Assembly (NCBI GenBank): GCA_943354645.1
Contig: CALRCO010000001.1
Span: 1 to 47,496, forward strand
Direction: 5' to 3'
DNA: 47,496 bases
Source of the DNA: Candidatus Nomurabacteria bacterium
Lineage (GTDB): Bacteria; Patescibacteriota; Minisyncoccia; Phycocordibacterales; UBA9973
The translations under genes were made by a program, and so were the position numbers. Within the stretch, counting starts at the first letter, position 1. Each line of letters opens with the position of its first letter. The notes below the pieces were generated by a model. The model ran no database searches. It saw only the letters and a list, made by a program, of their open reading frames with translations, and had not been told where the DNA came from. Shown here one piece after another: positions 26,229 through 33,898 of the stretch.

Positions 26229-26262
26229 AAGCCCTGCCGATGGAATCGGCAGGGCTTTTTTA
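26229..26262 (+). terminator. Terminator after the 25710 gene
   Basis: AAGCCCTGCCGA-TGGAA-TCGGCAGGGCTT followed by TTTT. Confidence 0.85.
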
Positions 26263-26269
26263 TGTGTAC

Positions 26270-26298
26270 TTGCGCATTTTGTATCTTTCTGGTAGTAT
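26270..26298 (+). promoter_or_regulatory. tuf promoter TTGCGC-17-(TGG)TAGTAT
   Basis: Extended -10. Hairpin CGCT-TTTTT-AGCG + U tract at 26309-26327. Confidence 0.6.
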
Positions 26299-26413
26299 GA
26301 AATCCAATCGCTTTTTTAGCGTTTTTTATTAACAACCTCCTTCGAAGAGGTACATTAACCAAAGACAGGTATGGAACGCGCGAAAGCACGCACCCGCTAC
26401 CTAAACAATATTT

Positions 26414-27613
26414 ATGGCAGCAGAAGTATTCAATCGAACAAAGCCTCACGTAAACGTGGGAACTATCGGTCACGTTGACCACGGCAAGACAACTCTTACC
26501 GCGGCTATTTTGACTATCTTAAACCGTGAAGGAAACGGTTATTCAGCTAAGTTGAAGGGGGTGAATGATATCGACAAGGCGCCTGAAGAAAAGGCTCGTG
26601 GTATCACCATCGCGCTTTCTCACTCTGAATACGAAACTCCTAATCGTCACTACGCACACATTGATGCTCCGGGTCACGCTGACTACATCAAAAACATGAT
26701 TACAGGTGCCGCTCAAATGGACGGTGCTATTATCGTTGTTGCTGCTACTGATGGTGCTATGCCACAGACTCGTGAACACATCCTCCTTGCAAAACAAGTT
26801 GGCGTGCCAAAGATCGTGGTGTTCTTGAACAAGTGCGACATGGTTGACGACAAAGATATGATTGACTTGGTTGAAGAAGAAATCCGCGAAATCCTTGAAA
26901 AACAAGGTTTTGATAAGGATTGTCCTATCATCCGCGGTTCAGGTCTTAAAGCGCTTGAATCAAAAGACAATACAGACGAATGGGCAGTAAAAGTTATGGA
27001 TCTCGTTAAAGCGCTTGATACTTACATCCCAGAGCCTGTTCGTGATGTCTCAAAACCTTTCCTTATGCCTATCGAAGACGTTTTCTCAATCGAAGGACGT
27101 GGTACTGTCGTAACAGGTAAAATTGAACGCGGTATCGTCAAGGTTGGTGAAGAAGTCGAACTTGTTGGTATTAAAGAAACAAAGAAGACAACAATCACGG
27201 GTATCGAAATGTTCAACAAACAACTCTCAGAAGGTATGGCTGGCGACAACGCTGGTATCCTCCTCCGCGGTATTGCGAAAGATGACATTACTCGTGGACA
27301 AGTCCTCTCAAAGGTTGGTTCAGTTACTCCACACGATAACTTCGAATGTGAAGTGTACATCTTGAAAAAGGAAGAAGGTGGTCGTCACACACCATTCTTT
27401 AATGGCTACAAACCTCAATTCTACATCCGAACAACAGACGTTACAGGAGATGTAGTACTTCCGGCAGGAACAGAAATGGTTATGCCAGGTGATACCGTTA
27501 AACTTACGGTTAAACTCGTAACTCCAGTTGCACTTGAAGATCAGACACGTTTTGCTATCCGCGAAGGTGGTAAGACAGTGGGTGCTGGTGTTGTTACAAA
27601 AATCTTGGGCTAA
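26414..27613 (+). CDS. tuf: Elongation factor Tu
   Basis: [22 protein letters not shown]. Confidence 0.97.
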   Translation: MAAEVFNRTKPHVNVGTIGHVDHGKTTLTAAILTILNREGNGYSAKLKGVNDIDKAPEEKARGITIALSHSEYETPNRHYAHIDAPGHADYIKNMITGAAQMDGAIIVVAATDGAMPQTREHILLAKQVGVPKIVVFLNKCDMVDDKDMIDLVEEEIREILEKQGFDKDCPIIRGSGLKALESKDNTDEWAVKVMDLVKALDTYIPEPVRDVSKPFLMPIEDVFSIEGRGTVVTGKIERGIVKVGEEVELVGIKETKKTTITGIEMFNKQLSEGMAGDNAGILLRGIAKDDITRGQVLSKVGSVTPHDNFECEVYILKKEEGGRHTPFFNGYKPQFYIRTTDVTGDVVLPAGTEMVMPGDTVKLTVKLVTPVALEDQTRFAIREGGKTVGAGVVTKILG

Positions 27614-27646
27614 TTCCTTATCATTTCTTAATCAAAGCTCATTATT

Positions 27647-28006
27647 ATGGCAACCAAAACTGCAAAACCAAAAGCAACAAGCAAAGCTAAAGCAGACGGT
27701 GCCGTCAAATTACGTATCCGCGTGCGCGCTTACGAGAACAAAATTCTCGACATATCGGTAAAACAAATTATCGATACAGCGCGCCGCCACGATGCGGAAG
27801 TTGTTGGTCCGATCCCTCTCCCTACAGAAATTAAAAAGTACACGGTTAATCGCGCTTCATTCGTGTATAAAAATACGCGTGAACAATTTGAAATGCGTAT
27901 TCACAAGCGTGTGATCGATATTATGAACCCGAACGCGAAGACCATCGAAGCACTGACCAATTTGTCCTTGCCATCCGGTGTAGATATCGACGTTAAAATG
28001 ATGTAA
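27647..28006 (+). CDS. rpsJ: 30S ribosomal protein S10 (Lys/Ala-rich N-terminal extension)
   Basis: KLRIRVRAYENKILD core preceded by MATKTAKPKATSKAKADGAV. Confidence 0.93.
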   Translation: MATKTAKPKATSKAKADGAVKLRIRVRAYENKILDISVKQIIDTARRHDAEVVGPIPLPTEIKKYTVNRASFVYKNTREQFEMRIHKRVIDIMNPNAKTIEALTNLSLPSGVDIDVKMM

Positions 28007-28111
28007 ATAAAATAAGTAGAAAGTTTGTAAAGTTCATAAAGTTATAAAGTAAATGCAAAAAATTGTGTTGCTTTATAACTTTTGACTTTATAACTTTTGA
28101 ACTAAATTCCT
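28007..28111 (+). repeat. Family B spacer, rpsJ-rplC
   Basis: AGTAGAAAGTTTGTAAAGTTCATAAAGTTATAAAGT ... CTTTATAACTTTTGACTTTATAACTTTTGAACT. Confidence 0.85.
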
Positions 28112-28744
28112 ATGATTATTCTCGGCAAAAAACAGTATATGACGCAGTACTTCACGGAAGATGGCAAAGCGCATGCGGCAACGGTCGTACTCGCAACGCC
28201 GTCAACGGTGACTGCAGTCAAAACAACAGAGAAGGATGGCTATGATGCTCTCCAGCTCGGTTTCGAGGCGCAGAAAAAAGAGCGCGTATCGAAAGCAGTG
28301 CAAGGCCAGATGGGCGACTTGGGCGTTTTCAAAACGGTCAAAGAATTCGCATCAATCAACGGCCAAACACCGGTTGATCTCGAAAAGAAACGAGGTGATG
28401 TGTTCGATGTTTCCGGCTTTACCGTCGGCGATGTTGTGCGCGTTACCGGCGTTTCAAAAGGTAAAGGTTTCCAAGGTGTCGTGAAGCGTCACGGCTTCCA
28501 TGGTGGTCCTCGAACCCACGGTCAGAAACACTCTGAACGTGAACCAGGTTCTATCGGTGGAGGTCTCCGTGCTCGTGTGCCAAAAGGCATGCGCATGGCA
28601 GGACGCACCGGTTCTGATACCATCACGGTCGCGAATCTTCGCGTACTTGATGTTGATATGGAACGGAATTTATTGGTACTCTCCGGGGCGTTGCCTGGTC
28701 GAAGAGGTACTCTGCTTAAGATAATGACCACAAAGGTCAAGTAG
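28112..28744 (+). CDS. rplC: 50S ribosomal protein L3
   Basis: ILGKKQYMTQYF, GKGFQGVVKRHGFHGGPRTHGQ. Confidence 0.95.
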   Translation: MIILGKKQYMTQYFTEDGKAHAATVVLATPSTVTAVKTTEKDGYDALQLGFEAQKKERVSKAVQGQMGDLGVFKTVKEFASINGQTPVDLEKKRGDVFDVSGFTVGDVVRVTGVSKGKGFQGVVKRHGFHGGPRTHGQKHSEREPGSIGGGLRARVPKGMRMAGRTGSDTITVANLRVLDVDMERNLLVLSGALPGRRGTLLKIMTTKVK

Positions 28745-28827
28745 AAAGTTATAAAGTCATAAAGTTCATAAAGAAATTACAAAATACTTTATAACTTTAA
28801 AAACTTTAAGAACTTGATAACTCATAT
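28745..28827 (+). repeat. Family B spacer, rplC-rplD
   Basis: GTAGAAAGTTATAAAGTCATAAAGTTCATAAAG ... ACTTTATAACTTTAAAAACTTTAAGAACTTGATAACTCAT. Confidence 0.85.
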
Positions 28828-29556
28828 ATGGAAGCAACACTCAAAAAAACTAAAAAAGTAAAAGTTCCTGTCAGTTTGGAAACAAACATGGTTAGCCAAG
28901 CAGGTAAAAAAGGCGCAGCAATTACGCTCCCAGAAGCTATCTTCGGCGTGCCATGGAATGGTGACCTCGTGCACCAAGTTATGGTCAGTATGACCAGTAA
29001 TGCTCGTGCAGGAACAGCTAACACAAAGACTCGCGGCGAAGTGCGCGGTGGTGGTAAGAAGCCATGGCAGCAAAAGGGAACTGGTCGTGCACGTCACGGC
29101 TCATCTCGTTCACCGATTTGGGTTGGTGGAGGTATTACGCACGGTCCTCGTACAGACAAAGACTATACAAAAAAGATCAATCGCAAGATGAAGGCAAAAG
29201 CGCTCTTTACGGTGCTCTCACAAAAATATCGTGATGGAGAAATTCTCTTTATCGATGATTTGACGGTAGCAAATACAAAGACAAAAGATGCACACAAGGT
29301 AATCGTTTCTCTTGCTGAGCAAAAAGGATTTGAAAAACTTTTGAAAGCTCGTAAGCAAGTTGGTCTTGTTGCAGTACCGAAAGATACATACGCAAACATT
29401 GCTCGCGCATACCGAAACTTGCCACAAGTGCTTTTGAACACAGTTGAAGAACTCGACATTGTTGATGTGCTTAACCACCGTTATCTTATTATCAGCCAAC
29501 CAGAAAACGCTATTGCGTTGCTTGCAAAAAAACAAGTAACAAAGGCAAGAAAATAG
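28828..29556 (+). CDS. rplD: 50S ribosomal protein L4
   Basis: GGGKKPWQQKGTGRARHGSSRSPIWVGGG. About 20-aa N-terminal extension if ATG 28828 is used (alternative ATG 28888). Confidence 0.92.
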   Translation: MEATLKKTKKVKVPVSLETNMVSQAGKKGAAITLPEAIFGVPWNGDLVHQVMVSMTSNARAGTANTKTRGEVRGGGKKPWQQKGTGRARHGSSRSPIWVGGGITHGPRTDKDYTKKINRKMKAKALFTVLSQKYRDGEILFIDDLTVANTKTKDAHKVIVSLAEQKGFEKLLKARKQVGLVAVPKDTYANIARAYRNLPQVLLNTVEELDIVDVLNHRYLIISQPENAIALLAKKQVTKARK

Positions 29557-29646
29557 AAAATACTAAATACAAAATAGTAAACACGCATGAACACAGACAC
29601 ATTAAAACTATTTTCTATTTAGTACTTAGTATTTACTAACAAATAT
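29557..29646 (+). repeat. TACTAAATA-word inverted-repeat spacer (rplD-rplW)
   Basis: AAATACTAAATACAAAATAGT versus ACTATTTTCTATTTAGTACTT. Complementary except for about 2 positions. Confidence 0.7.
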
Positions 29647-29964
29647 ATGGCAACAAAAACAGACAAAAAGAAAACGGAGGTAGCAGAGGTTGTGAAAACA
29701 TCACTCTTGGGTGCACCACGGGTCACTGAAAAAGCAGCACGACTTACTATCGGTAATGCATATGTATTTATGGTAGAAACTCGAGCAACAAAACCTGAAA
29801 TCAAAAAAGCATTTATCGCGAAGTATAAAAAAACACCTCTTAAGATCGGCATGACGACTATTCGCGCAAAGAAAGTCATTGTTCGTGGCAGAAAAGGAAT
29901 GCTCGCAGGTGGCAAAAAGGCGATTATTTATTTGAAAAAAGGCGAAACAATCGATCTCGCATAA
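29647..29964 (+). CDS. rplW: 50S ribosomal protein L23
   Basis: Position between rplD and rplB; VTEKAARL..YVFMVETRATKPEIKKAF. Confidence 0.9.
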   Translation: MATKTDKKKTEVAEVVKTSLLGAPRVTEKAARLTIGNAYVFMVETRATKPEIKKAFIAKYKKTPLKIGMTTIRAKKVIVRGRKGMLAGGKKAIIYLKKGETIDLA

Positions 29965-29983
29965 ATAATTCCTATACATCACT

Positions 29984-30835
29984 ATGAAAACATATAAACC
30001 TACAAGTCCATCACAACGCCACACCAAAACGATTAACTACCGTGATTATTTGACGACAGATAGTCCGCTTAAATCCCTTACCAAAGGCGGCAAGCGCTCT
30101 ATGGGTCGCAACAACACTGGTCGCATTACGTCGAGTCACCGTGGTGGTGGTAACAAGCGTCTCTATCGAGATGTCGACTTCAGTTATTTGAAGCGCGATA
30201 TTCCTGCGAAGATCGCGTCTGTTGAATATGATCCAAACCGATCATCGTTCATCTCACTCGCAGTCTACAAGGATGGTGAAAAGCGTTATGTCCTTACCCC
30301 AAAAAGTGTAAAGGCAGGCGATACCTTCCTTACCTCAGAAACAGCGCCACTTACTCCAGGTAACCGCGTACCGCTTCGTGCAGTACCTGTTGGTACCTTT
30401 GTATACAATATTGAATTAAAACCAGGTGGCGGTGCAAAGCTCGCTCGTTCTGCAGGAAACTTTGCAGAAGTGGTGGCTCATGACGCCGGCAATGCGCAGA
30501 TCAAAATGCCATCAACTGAAGTCCGCAAAGTCTCTGACCGATGTTGGGCAACGATCGGCGAAGTATCGAACGATGAGCACAAGCTCGTTGAATACGGTAA
30601 AGCTGGACGTTCTCGATGGCGAGGTATCCGACCGAAAGTTCGTGGTACTGCTATGAACCCAGTTGACCACCCATACGGTGGAGGTGAAGGACGCCAAGGC
30701 CGGGGCTTGCGCCGTCCAAAGACTCGTCACGGTAAAGTTACTGGTGGACGAAAATCTCGAACTCCAAAGAAATACTCAAATCCGTTTATTGTTTCTCGCC
30801 GACGCGTTGGCAAGAATCGAAAAGCGAAGAATTAG
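29984..30835 (+). CDS. rplB: 50S ribosomal protein L2
   Basis: HRGGGNKRLYR, MNPVDHPYGGGEGR. Confidence 0.96.
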   Translation: MKTYKPTSPSQRHTKTINYRDYLTTDSPLKSLTKGGKRSMGRNNTGRITSSHRGGGNKRLYRDVDFSYLKRDIPAKIASVEYDPNRSSFISLAVYKDGEKRYVLTPKSVKAGDTFLTSETAPLTPGNRVPLRAVPVGTFVYNIELKPGGGAKLARSAGNFAEVVAHDAGNAQIKMPSTEVRKVSDRCWATIGEVSNDEHKLVEYGKAGRSRWRGIRPKVRGTAMNPVDHPYGGGEGRQGRGLRRPKTRHGKVTGGRKSRTPKKYSNPFIVSRRRVGKNRKAKN

Positions 30836-30878
30836 TTTGCTAGTAAATAGTAAATAGATAGTAGTAAGTAGGGAGAAC
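30833..30878 (+). repeat. Family A word array after rplB
   Basis: TAGTTTGCTAGTAAATAGTAAATAGATAGTAGTAAGTAGGGAGAACAT, followed by hairpin 30879-30928. Confidence 0.8.
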
Positions 30879-30928
30879 ATAAACAAAAAAGAAGAGCAGG
30901 CTTTGCCTACTCTTCTTTTTTGTTTATG
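30879..30928 (+). terminator. GGC-TTY-GCC-apex hairpin after rplB
   Basis: 19-bp perfect stem CATAAACAAAAAAGAAGAG/CTCTTCTTTTTTGTTTATG, apex AGGC-TTT-GCCT, followed by GTTTTTGTT. Confidence 0.8.
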
Positions 30929-30942
30929 GTTTTTGTTCGGCC

Positions 30943-30965
30943 CCCTCTCCTTGTTAAGGAGAGGG
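30943..30965 (+). repeat. GC-rich hairpin CCCTCTCC-TTGTTAA-GGAGAGGG followed by TTGGGGTGAGG
   Basis: Read directly. Isolated GC-rich palindrome in an A/T-rich spacer. Confidence 0.6.
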
Positions 30966-30991
30966 TTGGGGTGAGGTAGTGTCTTTTTCTA

Positions 30992-31019
30992 TTCACAAAT
31001 ATATAAACAGTGCTATAGT
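30992..31019 (+). promoter_or_regulatory. Promoter TTCACA-16-(TGC)TATAGT for the 31048 gene
   Basis: Extended -10, downstream of the rplB terminator hairpin. Confidence 0.55.
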
Positions 31020-31047
31020 TAGTGTATTATCAATTGCTATCTAGCGT

Positions 31048-31683
31048 ATGAAAAATAATTTTATTTTAGGAGTACTTGTTGGTGCTATGGTTGTTGGAGG
31101 AATTGTATTTCTTTCAAATAATATTGGTAATAGAAACGCAGAACAAGGAGCGCTTGTTACTCCATTGTTTGCAAAGAAAACACCTGCTGTTGTTGGTGCA
31201 AAGAAAATTGCAGGCAAAGATATCATTATTCGTGATACAGGTTCAGAGAGTTGTATCATTTATGTAGATACCGGTAGTGATAGTTACGCTATTGCGTTTG
31301 CAGGTAGCTATAAAGTATTTGGTAGTTGTACGCCAAATGCAGTTATTTTTGATGTGACTGGTGCTGGATACAACCCAGCAGGAGATCTTCCTTCATTTAC
31401 CCATGCACAGCTTTTTAAAGGTGTTACCTTAACGGCAAATGGCGCACTTTCTATTGCAGGGGACGCTATCAGTGCGATGCAAATGCAACTCGTAGTCCTT
31501 GGGTATTTACAACAAGTGCCAACAGGTACCGAAGATGCAAATACCGCTCTTGCGCTTAAAAAATATCAAACAGATAACGGATTAGAAGTGACTGGAAAGA
31601 GTACTCCGGCAACAAAAACATCTCTCATTGCACAGGTAGCAAAAATCCCTACGACTATTCCAATTACCGCGCCTAGTAAGTAG
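31048..31683 (+). CDS. Membrane-anchored protein with C-terminal peptidoglycan-binding (PG_binding_1-like) domain
   Basis: N-terminal TM. C-terminal MQMQLVVLGYLQQVPTGTEDANTALALKKYQTDNGLEVTGKSTPATKTSL. Paralog of 32357-32965. Confidence 0.65.
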   Translation: MKNNFILGVLVGAMVVGGIVFLSNNIGNRNAEQGALVTPLFAKKTPAVVGAKKIAGKDIIIRDTGSESCIIYVDTGSDSYAIAFAGSYKVFGSCTPNAVIFDVTGAGYNPAGDLPSFTHAQLFKGVTLTANGALSIAGDAISAMQMQLVVLGYLQQVPTGTEDANTALALKKYQTDNGLEVTGKSTPATKTSLIAQVAKIPTTIPITAPSK

Positions 31684-31716
31684 ATAGTAGTAAGTAGGGA
31701 GGACAAAACACAAAAA
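31675..31716 (+). repeat. Family A word array after the 31048 gene
   Basis: AGTAAGTAGATAGTAGTAAGTAGGGAGGACAAAACAC. Begins in the codons ..PSK*. Followed by hairpin 31717-31766. Confidence 0.8.
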
Positions 31717-31766
31717 ATAACAAAAATGCAGGAAAAGGCTTCGCCTTTTCCTGCATTTTTGCTTAT
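31717..31766 (+). terminator. GGC-TTY-GCC-apex hairpin after the 31048 gene
   Basis: ATAACAAAAATGCAGGAAAAGGC-TTC-GCCTTTTCCTGCATTTTTGCTTAT (one bulge), followed by GTTCATTTTTT. Confidence 0.8.
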
Positions 31767-31793
31767 GTTCATTTTTTCCTGATTATATGTATA

Positions 31794-32219
31794 ATGACAA
31801 AAAACCACACAATGGAACTCCTTGCGTACTACACAACCAAAGCCTCTCTTAATGGAGAACAAAGCGCTGTCATTGTTGAAAAATTAAAAAAACTCTTTGA
31901 AGTACATGGCCTATGTACTCTTTTTAGAAAAGAACTCACGAGTATTAAGCGTTTTCAAGGACTAGCAGATGAACAAAAAGAAAGACTTGAACAACTGTGT
32001 ACTCGACGCCTCTTTGCGTTCAGTCAGTGCACAGTGCTTCACGATTTGTCGTATTTAAAACCAACAGATAAGTATCAATCAATCATTAGCGCCTTTAGTC
32101 TTATCCGTAAAGAAACAGAAGAAGGAACCACAGCTTCAAGACGGACAATTTCGGAAAATAGTGAAAGTATCAGAGTGTTACTTGTTGCAATAGCGGTGAT
32201 CGAACGTAACCTTTTTTGA
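31794..32219 (+). CDS. Hypothetical soluble protein (start uncertain)
   Basis: 141-aa ORF. ATG 31794 overlaps an extended -10 (TGTATAAT, 31788-31795), so ATG 31812 (MELLAYY) may be the real start. Terminator at 32224-32252. Confidence 0.45.
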   Translation: MTKNHTMELLAYYTTKASLNGEQSAVIVEKLKKLFEVHGLCTLFRKELTSIKRFQGLADEQKERLEQLCTRRLFAFSQCTVLHDLSYLKPTDKYQSIISAFSLIRKETEEGTTASRRTISENSESIRVLLVAIAVIERNLF

Positions 32220-32223
32220 CTTT

Positions 32224-32252
32224 AAAAACCCAAGCGACTAGCTTGGGTTTTT
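32224..32252 (+). terminator. Terminator after the 31794 gene
   Basis: AAAAACCCAAGC-GACTA-GCTTGGGTTTTT. Confidence 0.8.
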
Positions 32253-32356
32253 GTATTTTTAGTTATTCACACACTACATTATAGGGGGGGTGTATACTTA
32301 TGAAAGTACATTCTCCTTATTATTACTTAACTCGGAGAATTACCTAAATTATTAGT

Positions 32357-32965
32357 ATGAAAAACGACTCTTTAAAAATTGTCCTCATTGTTGCAATTAT
32401 TGCGATTGCTGGTTATTTTTTATATACAAACTTTGCAAAAACTGATGCTGGTCAGCAAGGTGCGGTTATAAGCGGAACATCATCAACAACAAGTCAAGCT
32501 GGTGTTAGAATGACAATTGGGCATACATGGATTGATTATATAGGGAGTCAATGTCTGATTATAGTATATGATCAATTCGGGATGATTATGGGTACTATTT
32601 GGGGCTCCACTGGTGCTTTTGGTATTTGCGTACCAGGAGGAATAACTATGACTAATAATGGGAATCCTTCAGGTATAAGTGGTGTTTCTGTTGGAACAAA
32701 TGGCACTCTTTCTATAACAGGAGATCTTGTCAAAGCAACTCAATTGAAACTTCTTATGCTTGGATATATGAAAACAGTACCAACAGGAGTACTTGATTCT
32801 GTTACAACGGAAGCTCTTCGTGGGTATCAAACAGCAAATAAACTTCAAATTACTGGAACTATTACACCTGAAACTAACACCTCACTAAATAGTTATATTG
32901 GAGCAGTTTCTGTAACAAAAAACACTAATCCTTCGCTTAGTATCGGTGCGACTTCAGTTAAATAA
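32357..32965 (+). CDS. Membrane-anchored protein with C-terminal peptidoglycan-binding (PG_binding_1-like) domain
   Basis: TM IVLIVAIIAIAGYF. C-terminal ATQLKLLMLGYMKTVPTGVLDSVTTEALRGYQTANKLQITGTITPETNTSL. Paralog of 31048-31683. Confidence 0.65.
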   Translation: MKNDSLKIVLIVAIIAIAGYFLYTNFAKTDAGQQGAVISGTSSTTSQAGVRMTIGHTWIDYIGSQCLIIVYDQFGMIMGTIWGSTGAFGICVPGGITMTNNGNPSGISGVSVGTNGTLSITGDLVKATQLKLLMLGYMKTVPTGVLDSVTTEALRGYQTANKLQITGTITPETNTSLNSYIGAVSVTKNTNPSLSIGATSVK

Positions 32966-32982
32966 GGTATTGAGTATGAATA

Positions 32983-33018
32983 AAACAAAAAAAGACCCGA
33001 TCGGGTCTTTTTTTGTTT
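32983..33018 (+). terminator. Terminator after the 32357 gene
   Basis: Perfect palindrome AAACAAAAAAAGACCCGA/TCGGGTCTTTTTTTGTTT. Confidence 0.8.
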
Positions 33019-33031
33019 CAATATGAATACA

Positions 33032-33059
33032 TTGACATTTTTTATATACATGATAGAAT
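33032..33059 (+). promoter_or_regulatory. Promoter TTGACA-16-(TGA)TAGAAT for the 33077 gene
   Basis: Near-consensus hexamers with a TG extension. Confidence 0.7.
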
Positions 33060-33076
33060 GTAAAAAATAAAATTCC

Positions 33077-33400
33077 ATGAAAAAAGTCTTTTCGTTCTTA
33101 CTAATCGCAGTTTTTACCATATTGATATCAAATACCAGTTACGCTCAAAGTAAACAATATAAAGTCATCATTGATGTGACAAACCCGATTCCTCGTTTGG
33201 TTATCGTAAACCCTGTCCTATTTAAAGGGGGTGAAAAAATAGTACTCACATACAAAATCACTTTTGCTGGTGAAGAGAAAAAAGAGCAAATACTACAGAT
33301 TACTATACCTTCCGGATTGAAAGGTGAAAAAGAGCTAAGTATTTCTTTAAATAGTGATAAAATAAAAATACTCTCTGCTAACGCAAAATTGATTGAATAA
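33077..33400 (+). CDS. Small secreted protein (hypothetical)
   Basis: Signal peptide FSFLLIAVFTILISNTSYA/Q. Near-consensus promoter 33032-33059 and terminator 33416-33449. Confidence 0.55.
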   Translation: MKKVFSFLLIAVFTILISNTSYAQSKQYKVIIDVTNPIPRLVIVNPVLFKGGEKIVLTYKITFAGEEKKEQILQITIPSGLKGEKELSISLNSDKIKILSANAKLIE

Positions 33401-33415
33401 ATCACTTTCTCTAAA

Positions 33416-33449
33416 AAAGCCCCATAACCAGTACTGGTTATGGGGCTTT
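33416..33449 (+). terminator. Terminator after the 33077 gene
   Basis: AAAGCCCCATAACCAG-TA-CTGGTTATGGGGCTTT. Confidence 0.8.
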
Positions 33450-33454
33450 ACTAT

Positions 33455-33483
33455 TTGACTATTTTTCGAGTTTCCTATAGTAT
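33455..33483 (+). promoter_or_regulatory. rpsS re-start promoter TTGACT-17-TAGTAT
   Basis: Follows terminator 33416-33449. Hairpin AGCTC-TCTTT-GAGCT at 33493-33507, then ATTTTATTT. Confidence 0.65.
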
Positions 33484-33521
33484 TGTTCTACCAGCTCTCT
33501 TTGAGCTATTTTATTTCAGCA

Positions 33522-33869
33522 ATGACACGATCACTCAAAAAAGGCCCTTATATCGATGAGCGCCTCATGAAAAAAATCGAAGGCAAAGACCCACTCAAAA
33601 CGGGGCTTATTAAGACATGGTCTCGAGCATGCCAAATCCCCCCAGAAATGGTCGGATTCATGTTTGGCGTCCACAATGGCAAAACCCACGTTGAAGTCTT
33701 GGTTACCGAAGACATGGTTGGTCACCGATTGGGCGAATTTTCATTGACCCGCAAATTTACACGTCACGGCGGTAAAATGCAGAAAGATATTGATACCAAA
33801 GCTAAAGAAGCTGAAATCACCCAAGCAAAAGCAGCAAAAGCTACTACCACTGACGCTAAGAAAAAATAG
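33522..33869 (+). CDS. rpsS: 30S ribosomal protein S19 (Lys/Ala-rich C-terminal extension)
   Basis: [37 protein letters not shown]. Start trimmed to ATG 33522. Confidence 0.94.
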   Translation: MTRSLKKGPYIDERLMKKIEGKDPLKTGLIKTWSRACQIPPEMVGFMFGVHNGKTHVEVLVTEDMVGHRLGEFSLTRKFTRHGGKMQKDIDTKAKEAEITQAKAAKATTTDAKKK

Positions 33870-33898
33870 TTCGATTACACTCACCATAAATAAACATC

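Noticed and set aside
33483-33521. N-terminally extended ORF-track starts: rpsS 33483, rplF 41201, rplR 41861, rpmB 17424, HIT 11002, recJ 11431, adk 44843, and 9998, 5717, 38792.
   Set aside because: The extensions overlap upstream genes, promoters or spacer repeats and add residues absent from the conserved family N-termini. Downstream ATGs give canonical N-termini.
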